From Xanthobacteraceae bacterium (GTDB taxonomy: Bacteria; Pseudomonadota; Alphaproteobacteria; Rhizobiales; Xanthobacteraceae): DNA of 64,000 nucleotides. This document shows positions 8,990 to 19,095 of the stretch, piece after piece. A model generated the notes under the pieces. The model worked only from the letters and a program-made list of their open reading frames with translations. It had not been told where the DNA came from and searched no databases. Made by a program: the position numbers and the translations under genes. The DNA is taken from positions 604 to 64,603 of the forward strand of contig JAIESI010000011.1 of assembly GCA_019746135.1 (NCBI GenBank). The letters are read 5' to 3'. The stretch's first letter is position 1. Each line of letters starts with the position of its first letter.

Positions 8990-9945
8990 ACATTCTTGTC
9001 ACCGGCGGAGCCGGTTTCATCGGCAGCCACGTTTGCAAGGTCCTGGCGCGCAGGCAGCTCGTTCCCGTCGTTTATGACAATCTGTCGCGTGGGCACCGCT
9101 CGGCGGTGAAATGGGGCCCCCTGGAAGTCGGCGAGATCGCCGACTCGCGGCGCTTGCGGGAAGTGCTGGACAAGTATCAGCCGGCAGCGGTGATGCATTT
9201 TGCCGCCTACATCAACGTCGGCGAGTCCGTGCAGCAACCGGTACTTTACTACTGCAACAACGTTGCCGCGACGGCGTCGCTGCTGCAGACGCTGGTCGAC
9301 CACAAGCCGATACCATTTGTGTTCTCGTCGACGGCGGCGGTCTACGGCATGCCGGAGCAGGTGCCGATACCGGAGGACCATCCGCTGCGGCCGATCAATC
9401 CGTACGGCTGGTCCAAGCTGTTCGTGGAGAGGATGCTGGCCGACGCCGGGCGGGCCCACAAGCTGCCATGGATCGCGCTGCGGTATTTCAATGCCGCGGG
9501 CTCGGACCCCGACGGCGAGATCGGCGAGCAGCACGATCCGGAGACGCATCTGATCCCGCTGGTGATCAAGGCGGCGCTGGGCAATACGGCCATTCAAGTC
9601 TTTGGAACGGACTACGACACGAGCGACGGCACCTGCATCCGCGACTATATCCACGTGATGGACATCGCCGATGCCCACGTTCGGGCGCTCGATCATCTTT
9701 TGTCCGGCGGAGAAAGCTCTGCTCTGAACCTTGCCAATGCGCAGGGGTTCTCGGTGCGGGAGGTGATTTCCGCCGCCGAACGCGTCTGCGGTCGAAAGAT
9801 CAAGGTGCAAACGACGCCGCGCCGTCCGGGCGATCCGGCGGTTTTGATCGGGGCGGCGGACCGTGCCCAGGCGCTGCTGGGCTGGAAGCCGGCCCGCTCC
9901 GATCTGAGCCTGCAGATAGCGGACGCCTGGAACTGGTTCAAATGA
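8986..9945 (+). CDS. galE: UDP-sugar 4-epimerase, GalE family
   Basis: TGGAGFIG, HFAA..VGES, SSTAAVYG, YGWSK, LRYFNAAG, DGTCIRDYIHV; TTG start overlaps the upstream stop. Confidence 0.9.
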   Translation: MNILVTGGAGFIGSHVCKVLARRQLVPVVYDNLSRGHRSAVKWGPLEVGEIADSRRLREVLDKYQPAAVMHFAAYINVGESVQQPVLYYCNNVAATASLLQTLVDHKPIPFVFSSTAAVYGMPEQVPIPEDHPLRPINPYGWSKLFVERMLADAGRAHKLPWIALRYFNAAGSDPDGEIGEQHDPETHLIPLVIKAALGNTAIQVFGTDYDTSDGTCIRDYIHVMDIADAHVRALDHLLSGGESSALNLANAQGFSVREVISAAERVCGRKIKVQTTPRRPGDPAVLIGAADRAQALLGWKPARSDLSLQIADAWNWFK

Positions 9946-10218
9946 CTCCCATCAGGGATGTCTCGCGCGCCGCCACGCGGTCGACCTATTTTTAAATTCA
10001 TATGACACGTCCCGTGGACAAAGCGGAGCGGGGAGGCTCGAGAGCCGCCTCGTGGCATTGTCTCGGGAGAGTTTGAATATTCAGAAGGTATCTCGGTGTT
10101 GAGGCGGTGAAGCCTGCGCATTGCTGGCGCTTGAATGGAATTGAGCGGGCTCGCCGGTGTCATTTGAGACAACGAGACGGAGCAGCGGGGCTCCACGAAC
10201 CGGTGCACGAGGGATAAA

Positions 10219-11082
10219 ATGCCAGTTGCCGACATCACCAGGCACGGCGACGTTCTGACATTCCTGCGACTTAACCGCGATTCGCGCGCTTTCAGCACGG
10301 ACCAGTGGTTCTTCGTTCACATTCCGAAGACCGCCGGATCATCGTTGCGCGAGGAAATCGCCAACGTCATCCAGCCCGACCTGAACATCGAGGTCAACTA
10401 CAGGGCCTTGGACCCGCAGGACTGGTTCAAGGACTTCGACCGCAAGATCAGCGAACGCCTTCGCGAGGTCACGTCGTCGGAGAACTTTCCGTTCTATCGG
10501 TTTTTTTCCGGCCACCTCAAGTACCAGGACATTGCCCAGCACAGCGCGTTCGATTCCGTGCGTCTGATCACCATGCTGCGCGCGCCGATGGACCGGCTCA
10601 AGTCCGACTATCGCTACCAGATCTCCGAGGACAATCCTCTGCATGCGTCCGTGAAGGAGAAGTATCCGACCTTCCAGGAGTTCTACCGCGATCCGGTCAA
10701 CCACAACATCATCTACAAGTATCTATGCCGCGACTATGACCGGGACGTGACTGAGACGATCAAGTTCGTTGAAGATCGCTTCACGTTCGTCGGCGTGCAG
10801 GAAATGTACCCGATCAGCATCAGGCTGCTGTTCGCGTTGTTCGGCATGAGAGCGCAGCCGCAACTGCGTCTTCGTGAAAGCGCGTCGCGGCCCGAGTCGG
10901 AAGCGCTGAAGAGATCGGTCGATGAAATCGCCGAGGCCGACAGTGAGGAGATCGTCGGTCTGAACAGCCTGGATTTCAGGCTCTACGACTACTTCCGGGA
11001 AAAGCTGTCCGAGCAGACGAACGACATCTGGCCGCTGTTCGATCGCAACGTCATCTTTCAGAAGATGATCGGCATGGCCTAG
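10219..11082 (+). CDS. Sulfotransferase (Sulfotransfer_2-like)
   Basis: FVHIPKTAGSS, FSGH, TMLRAPMDRLKSDYRY. Confidence 0.9.
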   Translation: MPVADITRHGDVLTFLRLNRDSRAFSTDQWFFVHIPKTAGSSLREEIANVIQPDLNIEVNYRALDPQDWFKDFDRKISERLREVTSSENFPFYRFFSGHLKYQDIAQHSAFDSVRLITMLRAPMDRLKSDYRYQISEDNPLHASVKEKYPTFQEFYRDPVNHNIIYKYLCRDYDRDVTETIKFVEDRFTFVGVQEMYPISIRLLFALFGMRAQPQLRLRESASRPESEALKRSVDEIAEADSEEIVGLNSLDFRLYDYFREKLSEQTNDIWPLFDRNVIFQKMIGMA

Positions 11083-11237
11083 CGACCGCGCTCGGCCCGC
11101 CGGCTGCAACCTCGGCGTTGCAGGTTCGTGGACTTTTTGCGGCACGCAGGCCTTCGACGCCGGATTCTTGTCGTCATGTCGCGATACGCGGGATAAATTT
11201 CGGCCGGAAGGACTGCGGTCGACGCCAGGAGACGCAC

Positions 11238-11795
11238 ATGATAATCGAAGGGCATTGGGTCAACTTCGTCCCGGTCGCGATGATGGTTGCCATTCTGGTG
11301 GCCAATCATGCGCTGACGCATCACCGCAGCGGCCGGCGCGAGGATGTGGAAGGAACCAGGCTCAAGGCCGCGCTCACGGCCGAGCTGAAGGCGCTGCGGG
11401 AGCTCTATCAAAAGAATCTCAAATTTCTGGAGAGCGAGGCGGGCTACCTGATATCGACCCGGGCGCCGATGATCATCTACAAGAGCAATCAGGCCAAGCT
11501 GACCGCGCTGATCGAGGCCGAGGTCCTCGAAAAGCTCGTATCGCTGTATGCGAAAAACGACATGATCGAAGAAATCCTGTCGGCGAATGCGAGCGCGAAC
11601 GGCCCGCTCAGCTTCAAGCTTCGGCCGGAGTGCGACCGCGACGAGCTGAAGGGCCTATACGCCGAAGGCATGCAACAGATCGCGCGGACGTGGCGGATGC
11701 TCAATCCGGAGGCGCAGGCGGCGCGCGCCACGCAGCAGCGCCCGGTCACGCCCGCGGTTTCCGCGCAACCCAATCAGCAATCGGCGCGGGCCTGA
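11238..11795 (+). CDS. Hypothetical protein with N-terminal membrane anchor
   Basis: AGGAGA RBS before ATG 11238; hydrophobic FVPVAMMVAILVA followed by a helical domain. Confidence 0.7.
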   Translation: MIIEGHWVNFVPVAMMVAILVANHALTHHRSGRREDVEGTRLKAALTAELKALRELYQKNLKFLESEAGYLISTRAPMIIYKSNQAKLTALIEAEVLEKLVSLYAKNDMIEEILSANASANGPLSFKLRPECDRDELKGLYAEGMQQIARTWRMLNPEAQAARATQQRPVTPAVSAQPNQQSARA

Positions 11796-11823
11796 CGCGG
11801 CGCGGTCAGGGCGGCGCAGGCCG

Positions 11824-13713
11824 CTACGGGCTGCTGACGATCCCCCGCGCGGTCATCGCCTGGACCACCTGCTCGGCGAGCTCCTCCGGCCGATGGCCGG
11901 CGGTGTGCAAATGCACCTCGGGCGTCTGCGGCGCTTCATACGGCGCGTCGAAACCGGTGAAGTTCTTGATCTGGCCGGCCTTGGCCTTGGCGTACAGCCC
12001 CTTGGGATCGCGCCGGACGCATTCATCGATCGGCGTATCGACGAACACCTCGACGAATTCGCCGTCCGGAACGAGGCCGCGCACCATGTCGCGCTCGGCA
12101 CGATACGGCGAAATGAACGAACACAGCACCAGAAGTCCGGACTCGGTCATCAGCTTGGCGACTTCGCCGACGCGCCGGATGTTCTCCACACGGTCGGCCT
12201 CGGTGAAGCCGAGGTCGCGGTTGAGGCCATGCCGGACGTTGTCGCCGTCGAGCATCATCGTGTGATGGCCGGCGGCGTGCAGCTTCTGCTCGACGATGTT
12301 GGCGATCGTCGACTTTCCGGCGCCCGACAGGCCGGTGAACCACACCACGGCCGACCGCTGATGCTTGAGCGCGGCGCGCTCGGACTTGCCGACCAGCAGC
12401 GGCTGCCAGTGGATGTTGGTGCCGCGGCGCAGACCGAACGAGATCATCCCGGCGCCGACCGTATGGTTGGTGAAACGGTCGATGATGATGAACGCGCCGG
12501 TCCGCCGGTTCTGTGCGTAGGGATCGAACGCCACCGGGACGCTGGTGCTGAGATTGCAGACGGCGATGTCGTTCAGGCCGAGCGTATTGGCGGCGAGATG
12601 CTTGCGGGTGTTGACGTCGATCTTGTGCTTGATCGCGGTGACGGTGATCGGCACGGTCTTGGTGCCGATGCGGGCGAGATATGAGCGGCCCGGAACGAGC
12701 TGTGTCTCGCTCATCCAGATCACATGGGCGGCAAATTGGTCCGAGACTTCAGGCCGCTCCGTCGGGGCCACCAGGAGGTCGCCGCGCGCGACGTCGACTT
12801 CGTCGGTCAAGGTGATGGTGACGGCGTCGCCGGCCTGCGCCTGGAGCTGCGGGCCGTCGTAAGTGAGGATTTCCTTGACCTTTGAGCTCTTGCCCGAGTT
12901 TGCGACCACGATCGGCTCGCCGACCTTGATCGCGCCCGAGATGGCGGTGCCGGCATAGCCGCGGAAATCGAGGTTCGGGCGGTTGACCCATTGCACCGGA
13001 AAGCGGAACGGCTTGTCGGCGGCGTCGCTCTCGACGTCGAGGGTTTCGAGATACCGGATCAGCGCCGGTCCGCGGAACCAGGGGGTTTTGCCCGAGCGCT
13101 CCGTCACGTTGTCGCCGTAGCGGGCCGACATCGGGATCGGCATGATCGAGGTGAAGCCGAGTTCCGACGCGAACGCGGTGTATTCGCTGACGATGCGGTC
13201 GAAGGTTTTCTTGCTGTAGTCGACCAGGTCGATCTTGTTGACCGCCACGACCACGTGGCGGATGCCGAGCAGCGAGCAGATCAGCGAGTGCCGTCGCGTC
13301 TGCACCAGCACGCCCTTGCGGGCGTCGATCAGGATGATGGCGAGATCGGCGTTGGAGGCGCCCGTCGCCATGTTGCGGGTGTACTGCTCGTGGCCGGGCG
13401 TGTCGGCGACGATGAACGAGCGGCGCGGGGTGGTGAAGAACCGGTAGGCGACGTCGATGGTGATGCCCTGCTCGCGTTCGGCCTCGAGGCCGTCGACCAG
13501 CAGCGCGAAATCGATCTCGTCGCCGGTCGTGCCGTGCTTGAGCGAATCCTTGGCCAGCGTCGAAAGCTGGTCCTCGAAGATCAGCTTGGAATCGTGCAGC
13601 AGGCGGCCGATCAGGGTCGACTTCCCGTCGTCGACCGAACCGCAGGTCAGAAAGCGCAGCAGGTCCTTGGCCGGCTGCTCGTCGACATGGCTTCTGGCCA
13701 GTGGCGTGTGCAT
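11824..13713 (-). CDS. cysNC: Bifunctional ATP sulfurylase GTPase subunit / APS kinase (CysNC, NodQ-type)
   Basis: [44 protein letters not shown]; C-terminal [26 protein letters not shown]. Confidence 0.97.
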   Translation of the reverse strand: MHTPLARSHVDEQPAKDLLRFLTCGSVDDGKSTLIGRLLHDSKLIFEDQLSTLAKDSLKHGTTGDEIDFALLVDGLEAEREQGITIDVAYRFFTTPRRSFIVADTPGHEQYTRNMATGASNADLAIILIDARKGVLVQTRRHSLICSLLGIRHVVVAVNKIDLVDYSKKTFDRIVSEYTAFASELGFTSIMPIPMSARYGDNVTERSGKTPWFRGPALIRYLETLDVESDAADKPFRFPVQWVNRPNLDFRGYAGTAISGAIKVGEPIVVANSGKSSKVKEILTYDGPQLQAQAGDAVTITLTDEVDVARGDLLVAPTERPEVSDQFAAHVIWMSETQLVPGRSYLARIGTKTVPITVTAIKHKIDVNTRKHLAANTLGLNDIAVCNLSTSVPVAFDPYAQNRRTGAFIIIDRFTNHTVGAGMISFGLRRGTNIHWQPLLVGKSERAALKHQRSAVVWFTGLSGAGKSTIANIVEQKLHAAGHHTMMLDGDNVRHGLNRDLGFTEADRVENIRRVGEVAKLMTESGLLVLCSFISPYRAERDMVRGLVPDGEFVEVFVDTPIDECVRRDPKGLYAKAKAGQIKNFTGFDAPYEAPQTPEVHLHTAGHRPEELAEQVVQAMTARGIVSSP

Positions 13714-14651
13714 CAGAAATAGCCCTCGCGCTTCTTCTTCTCCATCGACGCGGCCTCGTCGGAGTCGATCAGCCGGCCCTGCCGCTCGGAAACGCGCGCG
13801 GTTTTCATCTCGTCGACGATGTCTTCGATCGAATCCGCATCGGATTCGATCGCACCGCTCAGCGGGTAGCAGCCGAGCGTGCGGAAGCGCACCAGCCGCA
13901 TTTCCGGCTTCTCGCCGGGCTCGAGCGGCAGGCGATCATCGTCCACCATGATCCAGGTGCCGCTGCGTTTGACCACCGGGCGCTGCTTGGCGAAGTAGAG
14001 CGGAACGACCGGGATGTTCTCCAGCATGATGTAGTGCCAGATGTCGAGCTCGGTCCAGTTCGAAAGCGGGAACACGCGGATCGTTTCGCCCTGGCGAATG
14101 CGGGTGTTGAACAGGTTCCACAGTTCCGGACGCTGGTTGCGCGGGTCCCACGCGTGGCCCTGCGAGCGGAACGAAAAGATGCGCTCCTTGGCGCGGCTCT
14201 TTTCTTCGTCGCGCCGCGCGCCGCCGAAGGCTGCGTCGAAGCCGTGAAGATCGAGCGCCTGCTTCAGCGCTTCGGTTTTCATCACGTGCGTGTGCACGGA
14301 GGAGCCGGACGCGATCGGGCTGATGCCGTTCGCGACGCCCTCCTGGTTGATGTAGACGATCAGGTTGAGGCCGAGCCGCTTTGCCGTCTCGTCGCGGAAC
14401 GTGATCATGTCCCGGAACTTCCACGTGGTGTCGACATGCATGAGCGGGAAGGGCAGTGGCGCAGGATGAAACGCTTTCACCGCAAGCTGCAGCATGACGC
14501 TCGAATCCTTGCCGATCGAGTAGAGCATCACCGGGTTCTTGAATTCGGCGGCCACCTCGCGAATGATCTCGATCGACTCGGCTTCGAGGCGCTTGAGATG
14601 CTTCGGCAGGATGCTGACCGATACGGCGGGGGAGGTTTGCGCAACGCTCAT
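13713..14651 (-). CDS. cysD: ATP sulfurylase small subunit (CysD, NodP-type)
   Basis: [46 protein letters not shown]. Confidence 0.97.
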   Translation of the reverse strand: MSVAQTSPAVSVSILPKHLKRLEAESIEIIREVAAEFKNPVMLYSIGKDSSVMLQLAVKAFHPAPLPFPLMHVDTTWKFRDMITFRDETAKRLGLNLIVYINQEGVANGISPIASGSSVHTHVMKTEALKQALDLHGFDAAFGGARRDEEKSRAKERIFSFRSQGHAWDPRNQRPELWNLFNTRIRQGETIRVFPLSNWTELDIWHYIMLENIPVVPLYFAKQRPVVKRSGTWIMVDDDRLPLEPGEKPEMRLVRFRTLGCYPLSGAIESDADSIEDIVDEMKTARVSERQGRLIDSDEAASMEKKKREGYF

Positions 14652-15029
14652 GAAGGGTCCGGGAAGGTTTGTTGACAGGTACGCGTTCCAGTTGGCGGGC
14701 GTCCGGTGCGCGCGGGTCCAAGCAAACTAAATTCGATGCTCACGATGCAGTCACATAGTCTTGGTCTTTGACCTGGTCGAGACAATCCAAGTGGAGAGGA
14801 CGATTTTGTCTCTTTGGCGACGCTCACGAACAAAAGTTCCCAAGTGCAGCAGGCGTTGCCAAGGAATCGTTCCACGCGATGATGAAATTTGGATGGGCTC
14901 CCGGCATGCACTTCGTGTATTGCAATGGTGCAATCGAACTGACGCGCAATCGGCTCCATGCCGAAGTCTGTGTCGTCGAATCCGGAACCGCGCAGCGAAA
15001 ATGCCGACAATTGAACGTGGTCATGCCGA

Positions 15030-15842
15030 ATGAATGCTTTATCGCGTGACGAACTGGCCTTTTCTTTTGCGGCGACGGCTGTCGCCGCAGGTAAAATCAT
15101 CATGTCTGCGCGGGACGCTTCGAATGATGTGGAGCACAAGGCCGATGGGTCGCCGGTAACCCGTGCCGACAGGGAGGCCGACGATTTCATCAGGGCGCAA
15201 CTCGCAGCCGCTCTGCCGGGCGTTTGCGCCATCACCGAGGAGACGTTCGAGCGAACGCAGCATCACAATAATGCCGCATCGCTCGACCGGTTCGTTCTGG
15301 TTGATCCGCTCGACGGCACGCGCGAGTTTGTCGCGGGACGCGACGAGTTTACCGTCAATATCGCGCTGATCGAGGCCGGGCGGCCCGTCGTCGGCGCGGT
15401 CTATGCGCCGGCGATGTCTCTCTTGTATATGTCGTCAGCCAGGGCGTATCGCGTCAAGGCGGAGCCGGGAGACGGCCTGCCGGCGCGATCAACGTGGCGC
15501 GAACTGAAGACCAGCCCGGCGCCGGCCGGCGGGCTTCGCGCGGTCGCCAGCCGCTCCCATCTCGATCCCGACACCAGGCGCTGGCTCGAGGAGCGAAAGA
15601 TCGCGAGCGTCGTTTCCGCCGGCTCGTCGCTGAAGTTCTGCACCGTCGCCGAAGGACAGGCCGACGTCTATCCGAGATTTGGCCCGACGATGGAGTGGGA
15701 TACCGCCGCCGGTCACGCGATCCTCGAAGCCGCCGGCGGATGCGTGCTGGGCCTCGATGGCTCGCCATTATGTTATGGCACAATGACGGCGGCATTTCGC
15801 AATTCCGCCTTTGTTGCCTGGGGGCGCGCGCCGGTTTCGTGA
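15030..15842 (+). CDS. cysQ: 3'(2'),5'-bisphosphate nucleotidase
   Basis: KADGSPVTRAD, VDPLDGTREF, SRSH, GSSLKF, PTMEWDTAAG. Confidence 0.95.
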   Translation: MNALSRDELAFSFAATAVAAGKIIMSARDASNDVEHKADGSPVTRADREADDFIRAQLAAALPGVCAITEETFERTQHHNNAASLDRFVLVDPLDGTREFVAGRDEFTVNIALIEAGRPVVGAVYAPAMSLLYMSSARAYRVKAEPGDGLPARSTWRELKTSPAPAGGLRAVASRSHLDPDTRRWLEERKIASVVSAGSSLKFCTVAEGQADVYPRFGPTMEWDTAAGHAILEAAGGCVLGLDGSPLCYGTMTAAFRNSAFVAWGRAPVS

Positions 15843-15938
15843 ATCGACTGTTTTTGCGTGTGAATTGATTCTAAATTGGCACGACACCAACCCGCTAAAA
15901 AAAGCCTTGGCGCGAAAGGATCTGGCCGCGGAGCGCAA

Positions 15939-16184
15939 ATGTCGACCAAGTCGCCCGACGAACTTTGCGAATTGATGTGGTCCACGTTCGGGGTCCACGA
16001 GCCGTTCTTTCACAGGGTGTACAGTCGCCTCAACATGAACGGTGAGGAGCGCGTCTGGTTTTGTTTTTCGGACAGGACGCTGGGGATCGACGTGGCCAGC
16101 GCGACGCAGCTGATGAACGAGCTGAGCGCGATGCAGGCCAGCTGGATGGCCAGGTTGATCGCAAAAACAATCGAAGCGCCCTAA
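15939..16184 (+). CDS. Small hypothetical protein (81 aa)
   Basis: GGAG before ATG 15939; protein-like composition; converges on the second galE. Confidence 0.5.
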   Translation: MSTKSPDELCELMWSTFGVHEPFFHRVYSRLNMNGEERVWFCFSDRTLGIDVASATQLMNELSAMQASWMARLIAKTIEAP

Positions 16185-17158
16185 CGGAAAGTTTGCGGCG
16201 TCCGCTGCCAGTGCAAGGCGTCGCGGATCTGCTGATCGAGGCTGGAGCGGGCGGGCGTCCAGCCGAGCGTCGCGCGGGCCCGTTCCACCGAGCCGATCAG
16301 AACCGCGGGATCGCCGGCCCGGCGCGGTGCAGTCTTGACGGCGATCGGGCGGCCGCAAATCGATGTGGTCGCAGCGATCACCTCCCGCACCGAATGGCCG
16401 CGGCCACTTGCGACATTGAGCGGTCCGCTTCTGCCGCCGTTGAGCAGATATTTCAGCGCCAGCACATGGGCTTCGGCGATGTCTGCGACGTGGACATAGT
16501 CGCGAATGCAGGTGCCGTCGGGCGTGTCGTAGTTTTCACCGAAGATCGTCACAGCCGTGCCGTCCAGCGCCGCGCGGATCGTCAGCGGAATGAGATGCGT
16601 CTCGGGATCGTGGTTCTCGCCGATTTCGCCGTCGGGATCGGCGCCCGCCGCGTTGAAGCAGCGAAGCGCAGCCCATGGCATCGCCTTGGCGGCGCCGGTG
16701 TCGGCCAGCATGCGCTCGACCGCGACCTTGTTCGCCCCGTAAGGGCTGATCGGGGCGAGCGGGCTGTCCTCGGAAACCGGAGTCTTCGTCGGCAGCCCGT
16801 AAACCGAAGCGCTTGAGCAATAGATGAACGGGATGGGCCTGTGATCGGTGACGGCGCGCAGCAGCGCCGCAGTGTGGTCGACGTTGCTGGTGTAGTAGAG
16901 CAGCGGGTTGGCGACGGAAGCGCTGATCGAGGTGAGGCTTGCGAAGTGCATCACCGCGGCGGGCCTGTACTTGTCGAGAAGCTCCGTGACGCGGGCTCTG
17001 TCTCCCGTGCTGCCGATCTCGATCGGGCCCCATTTGACGGCGTTCTTGTTGCCGCGCGACAGCTCGTCGAGCGCAACCGGCCGATAGCCGCTGGCGGCAA
17101 GCCGCTTGCAGACGTGGCTTCCAACGAAGCCTGCGCCGCCGGTCACGAGAATATCCAA
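16181..17158 (-). CDS. galE: UDP-sugar 4-epimerase, GalE family, divergent second copy
   Basis: TGGAGFVG, YGANK, LRCFNAAG, DGTCIRDYVHV; TTG at 17158 with GGGGA upstream parallels the first copy (alternative ATG 17245). Confidence 0.85.
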   Translation of the reverse strand: MDILVTGGAGFVGSHVCKRLAASGYRPVALDELSRGNKNAVKWGPIEIGSTGDRARVTELLDKYRPAAVMHFASLTSISASVANPLLYYTSNVDHTAALLRAVTDHRPIPFIYCSSASVYGLPTKTPVSEDSPLAPISPYGANKVAVERMLADTGAAKAMPWAALRCFNAAGADPDGEIGENHDPETHLIPLTIRAALDGTAVTIFGENYDTPDGTCIRDYVHVADIAEAHVLALKYLLNGGRSGPLNVASGRGHSVREVIAATTSICGRPIAVKTAPRRAGDPAVLIGSVERARATLGWTPARSSLDQQIRDALHWQRTPQTFR

Positions 17159-17163
17159 TCGAT

Positions 17164-17238
17164 CCCCCAAGGACGCCTCAAGGATCGCCTCGAGGATCGC
17201 CCCAAGGATCGCCCCAAGATTCTCCCCAAGAATCTCCC
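17164..17238. repeat. Degenerate 12-bp tandem repeat (about 6 units) at the galE 5' end
   Basis: Units around ccaaggatcgcc; in-frame translation ILGE-NLGA-ILGA-ILEA-ILEA-SLGD. Confidence 0.85.
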
Positions 17239-17333
17239 AGGCCATCGCCCGGGAGCCGCCCGTTCGAAATGTCGGGCGGGTCAGCCTTCAGCAGACTGTG
17301 CAATCAAACGCTACAAACGCCAAAAGCCGGCGC

Positions 17334-17828
17334 TCAGCGCCCGGCGCGAGCCATCGAAACGGAGACTTCGGAAATCTCGCTGCCCGGAGAACGGATGACG
17401 ACGCTCTGGCTGTTGCCGCGCGTCGAGATCGACACCGCGGCGTTGAAGCCCACCGCCGAGGTTTGCGCCGTGATGTGGGTGGCGGTGGCGCGGCCCGAGA
17501 TCGAGCCATGGACCTGCCGCGTGATTTCGCTCCACGAGCCGGAGATGTTGCCGCCGTCGTAGTTGATGTCGCTTGCGATCTCGAACTTGTAGCTGTCGCC
17601 TGCGCAGCGCAGCCGGAGCGCCAGCGTGCTGCCCACTTCACTGGCGCGGTAGGTGCCGCGGCAGCGGATGCGTTCGCTTCCGCTGGTGGTGGTGATCTTG
17701 CCGTTGCCGGTCCAGCTTCCGGTGAGGCCTGCGAATGGGCTTTGGGCCTGCGCGGGCGCCGCCGCAATGGCGAGGCCGAGGAAAGCACCCAAGGTGATTG
17801 CAACCGCTGCGGATTTCATTGCGTTCAT
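17334..17828 (-). CDS. Secreted beta-rich hypothetical protein downstream of hpnH
   Basis: Signal peptide ending AQA; PFAGLTGSWTGNG..ERIRC...LRCA; start trimmed from the ORF track. Confidence 0.75.
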   Translation of the reverse strand: MNAMKSAAVAITLGAFLGLAIAAAPAQAQSPFAGLTGSWTGNGKITTTSGSERIRCRGTYRASEVGSTLALRLRCAGDSYKFEIASDINYDGGNISGSWSEITRQVHGSISGRATATHITAQTSAVGFNAAVSISTRGNSQSVVIRSPGSEISEVSVSMARAGR

Positions 17829-17949
17829 GGATCGTCCGATCACACGGTCCTCAAGCGCCTGTTCGAGCAAGGCTTTCGTTTGCAATCTACCGACGAATGT
17901 TCGGCTTGAGCCCGACGGCAACCCAATAACAGATTCTCCGGCAGGAAGA

Positions 17950-19095
17950 CTATGCGGCCGTGGGTTGCTTGGTGCTGGCCTTGTTTTCCCGAATCTCTGT
18001 GAGCTTTTGATCGACGTGACGTGAGAAGACGTATTGGGCGGGCCGCTGCCGATCGAGCGGGATCTCGGGGGCCATGTCGCCCTCGGTCTTGATGCCCTTC
18101 ATGGTGGACACCAGCGCCTTGATCGGGTGCTTGAAGGTGTCCTGCACGGCGGTTGCCTCGAAGCCCGAATGCACCATGCAGTCGGCGCACTTTTCGTAGT
18201 TGCCGACTCCGTAGGAGTCCCAGTCGGTGGTCTCCATCAGCTCCTTGAAGGTCTTGGCGTAGCCTTCGCCGACCAGGTAGCAGGGCTTCTGCCAGCCGAA
18301 CACCGTGCGGGTCGGATTGCCCCACGGCGTGCAGTGATAGGTCTGGTTGCCGGCGAGGAAGTCGAGGAACAGCCCGGACTGGCTGAACGACCACTTCTTG
18401 CCGCCGTTGCCGCGCTTGAAGATGTTGCGGAACAGCTGCTTGGTGGTCTGCCGGTTGAGGAAGTGCTGCTGGTCCGGAGCGCGCTCATAGGCGTAGCCCG
18501 GCGAGACGGTGATGCCGTCGACGCCCATCGCCATCACGTCATCGAAGAACTTCGCCATCCGCTCCGGATCGGCGTTGTTGAACAGCGTGCAGTTGATGTT
18601 GCAGCGGAAGCCGCGCGCCTTGGCGGCCTTGATGGCGGACACGGCGCGGTCGTAGGTGCCGGCCTGGCACACCGACTTGTCGTGGTCTTCCTTGTCGCCG
18701 TCCAGATGCACCGACCAGACGAAATAGGGTGAAGGCTCGTAGTCCTTCATCCGCTTTTCCATCAACAGCGCATTGGTGCAGAGATAGACGAACTTCTTGC
18801 GGGCGATGATGCCCTTGACGATCGTCGGCAACTCCTTGTGCAGCAGCGGCTCGCCGCCGGCGATCGAGACGACCGGCGCCCCGCACTCGTCGACCGCCTG
18901 GAGCGCATCCTCGACCGAGATCCGTTGGTTCAGGATCTCGTCCGGATAGTCGATTTTGCCGCAGCCCGCGCAGGCCAGATTGCAGCGAAACAGCGGCTCA
19001 AGCATCAACACCAGCGGATAGCGCTTGCGGCCCGACAGGTGTTGGCGAATGAGGTAGCTGCCGACGTGAAGCTTCTGAAGGAGAGGGATGCCCAA
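17950..19095 (-). CDS. hpnH: Adenosylhopane-forming radical SAM protein
   Basis: YPLVLMLEPLFRCNLACAGCGKIDYP, CTPWGNPTR, CADCMVHSGFE. Confidence 0.95.
   Translation of the reverse strand: MGIPLLQKLHVGSYLIRQHLSGRKRYPLVLMLEPLFRCNLACAGCGKIDYPDEILNQRISVEDALQAVDECGAPVVSIAGGEPLLHKELPTIVKGIIARKKFVYLCTNALLMEKRMKDYEPSPYFVWSVHLDGDKEDHDKSVCQAGTYDRAVSAIKAAKARGFRCNINCTLFNNADPERMAKFFDDVMAMGVDGITVSPGYAYERAPDQQHFLNRQTTKQLFRNIFKRGNGGKKWSFSQSGLFLDFLAGNQTYHCTPWGNPTRTVFGWQKPCYLVGEGYAKTFKELMETTDWDSYGVGNYEKCADCMVHSGFEATAVQDTFKHPIKALVSTMKGIKTEGDMAPEIPLDRQRPAQYVFSRHVDQKLTEIRENKASTKQPTAA

Noticed and set aside
11824-14651. Nod-factor locus (nodPQ plus sulfotransferase as nodH)
   Set aside because: No nodABC, nodD or nod box recognised; the context is glycosyltransferases and epimerases
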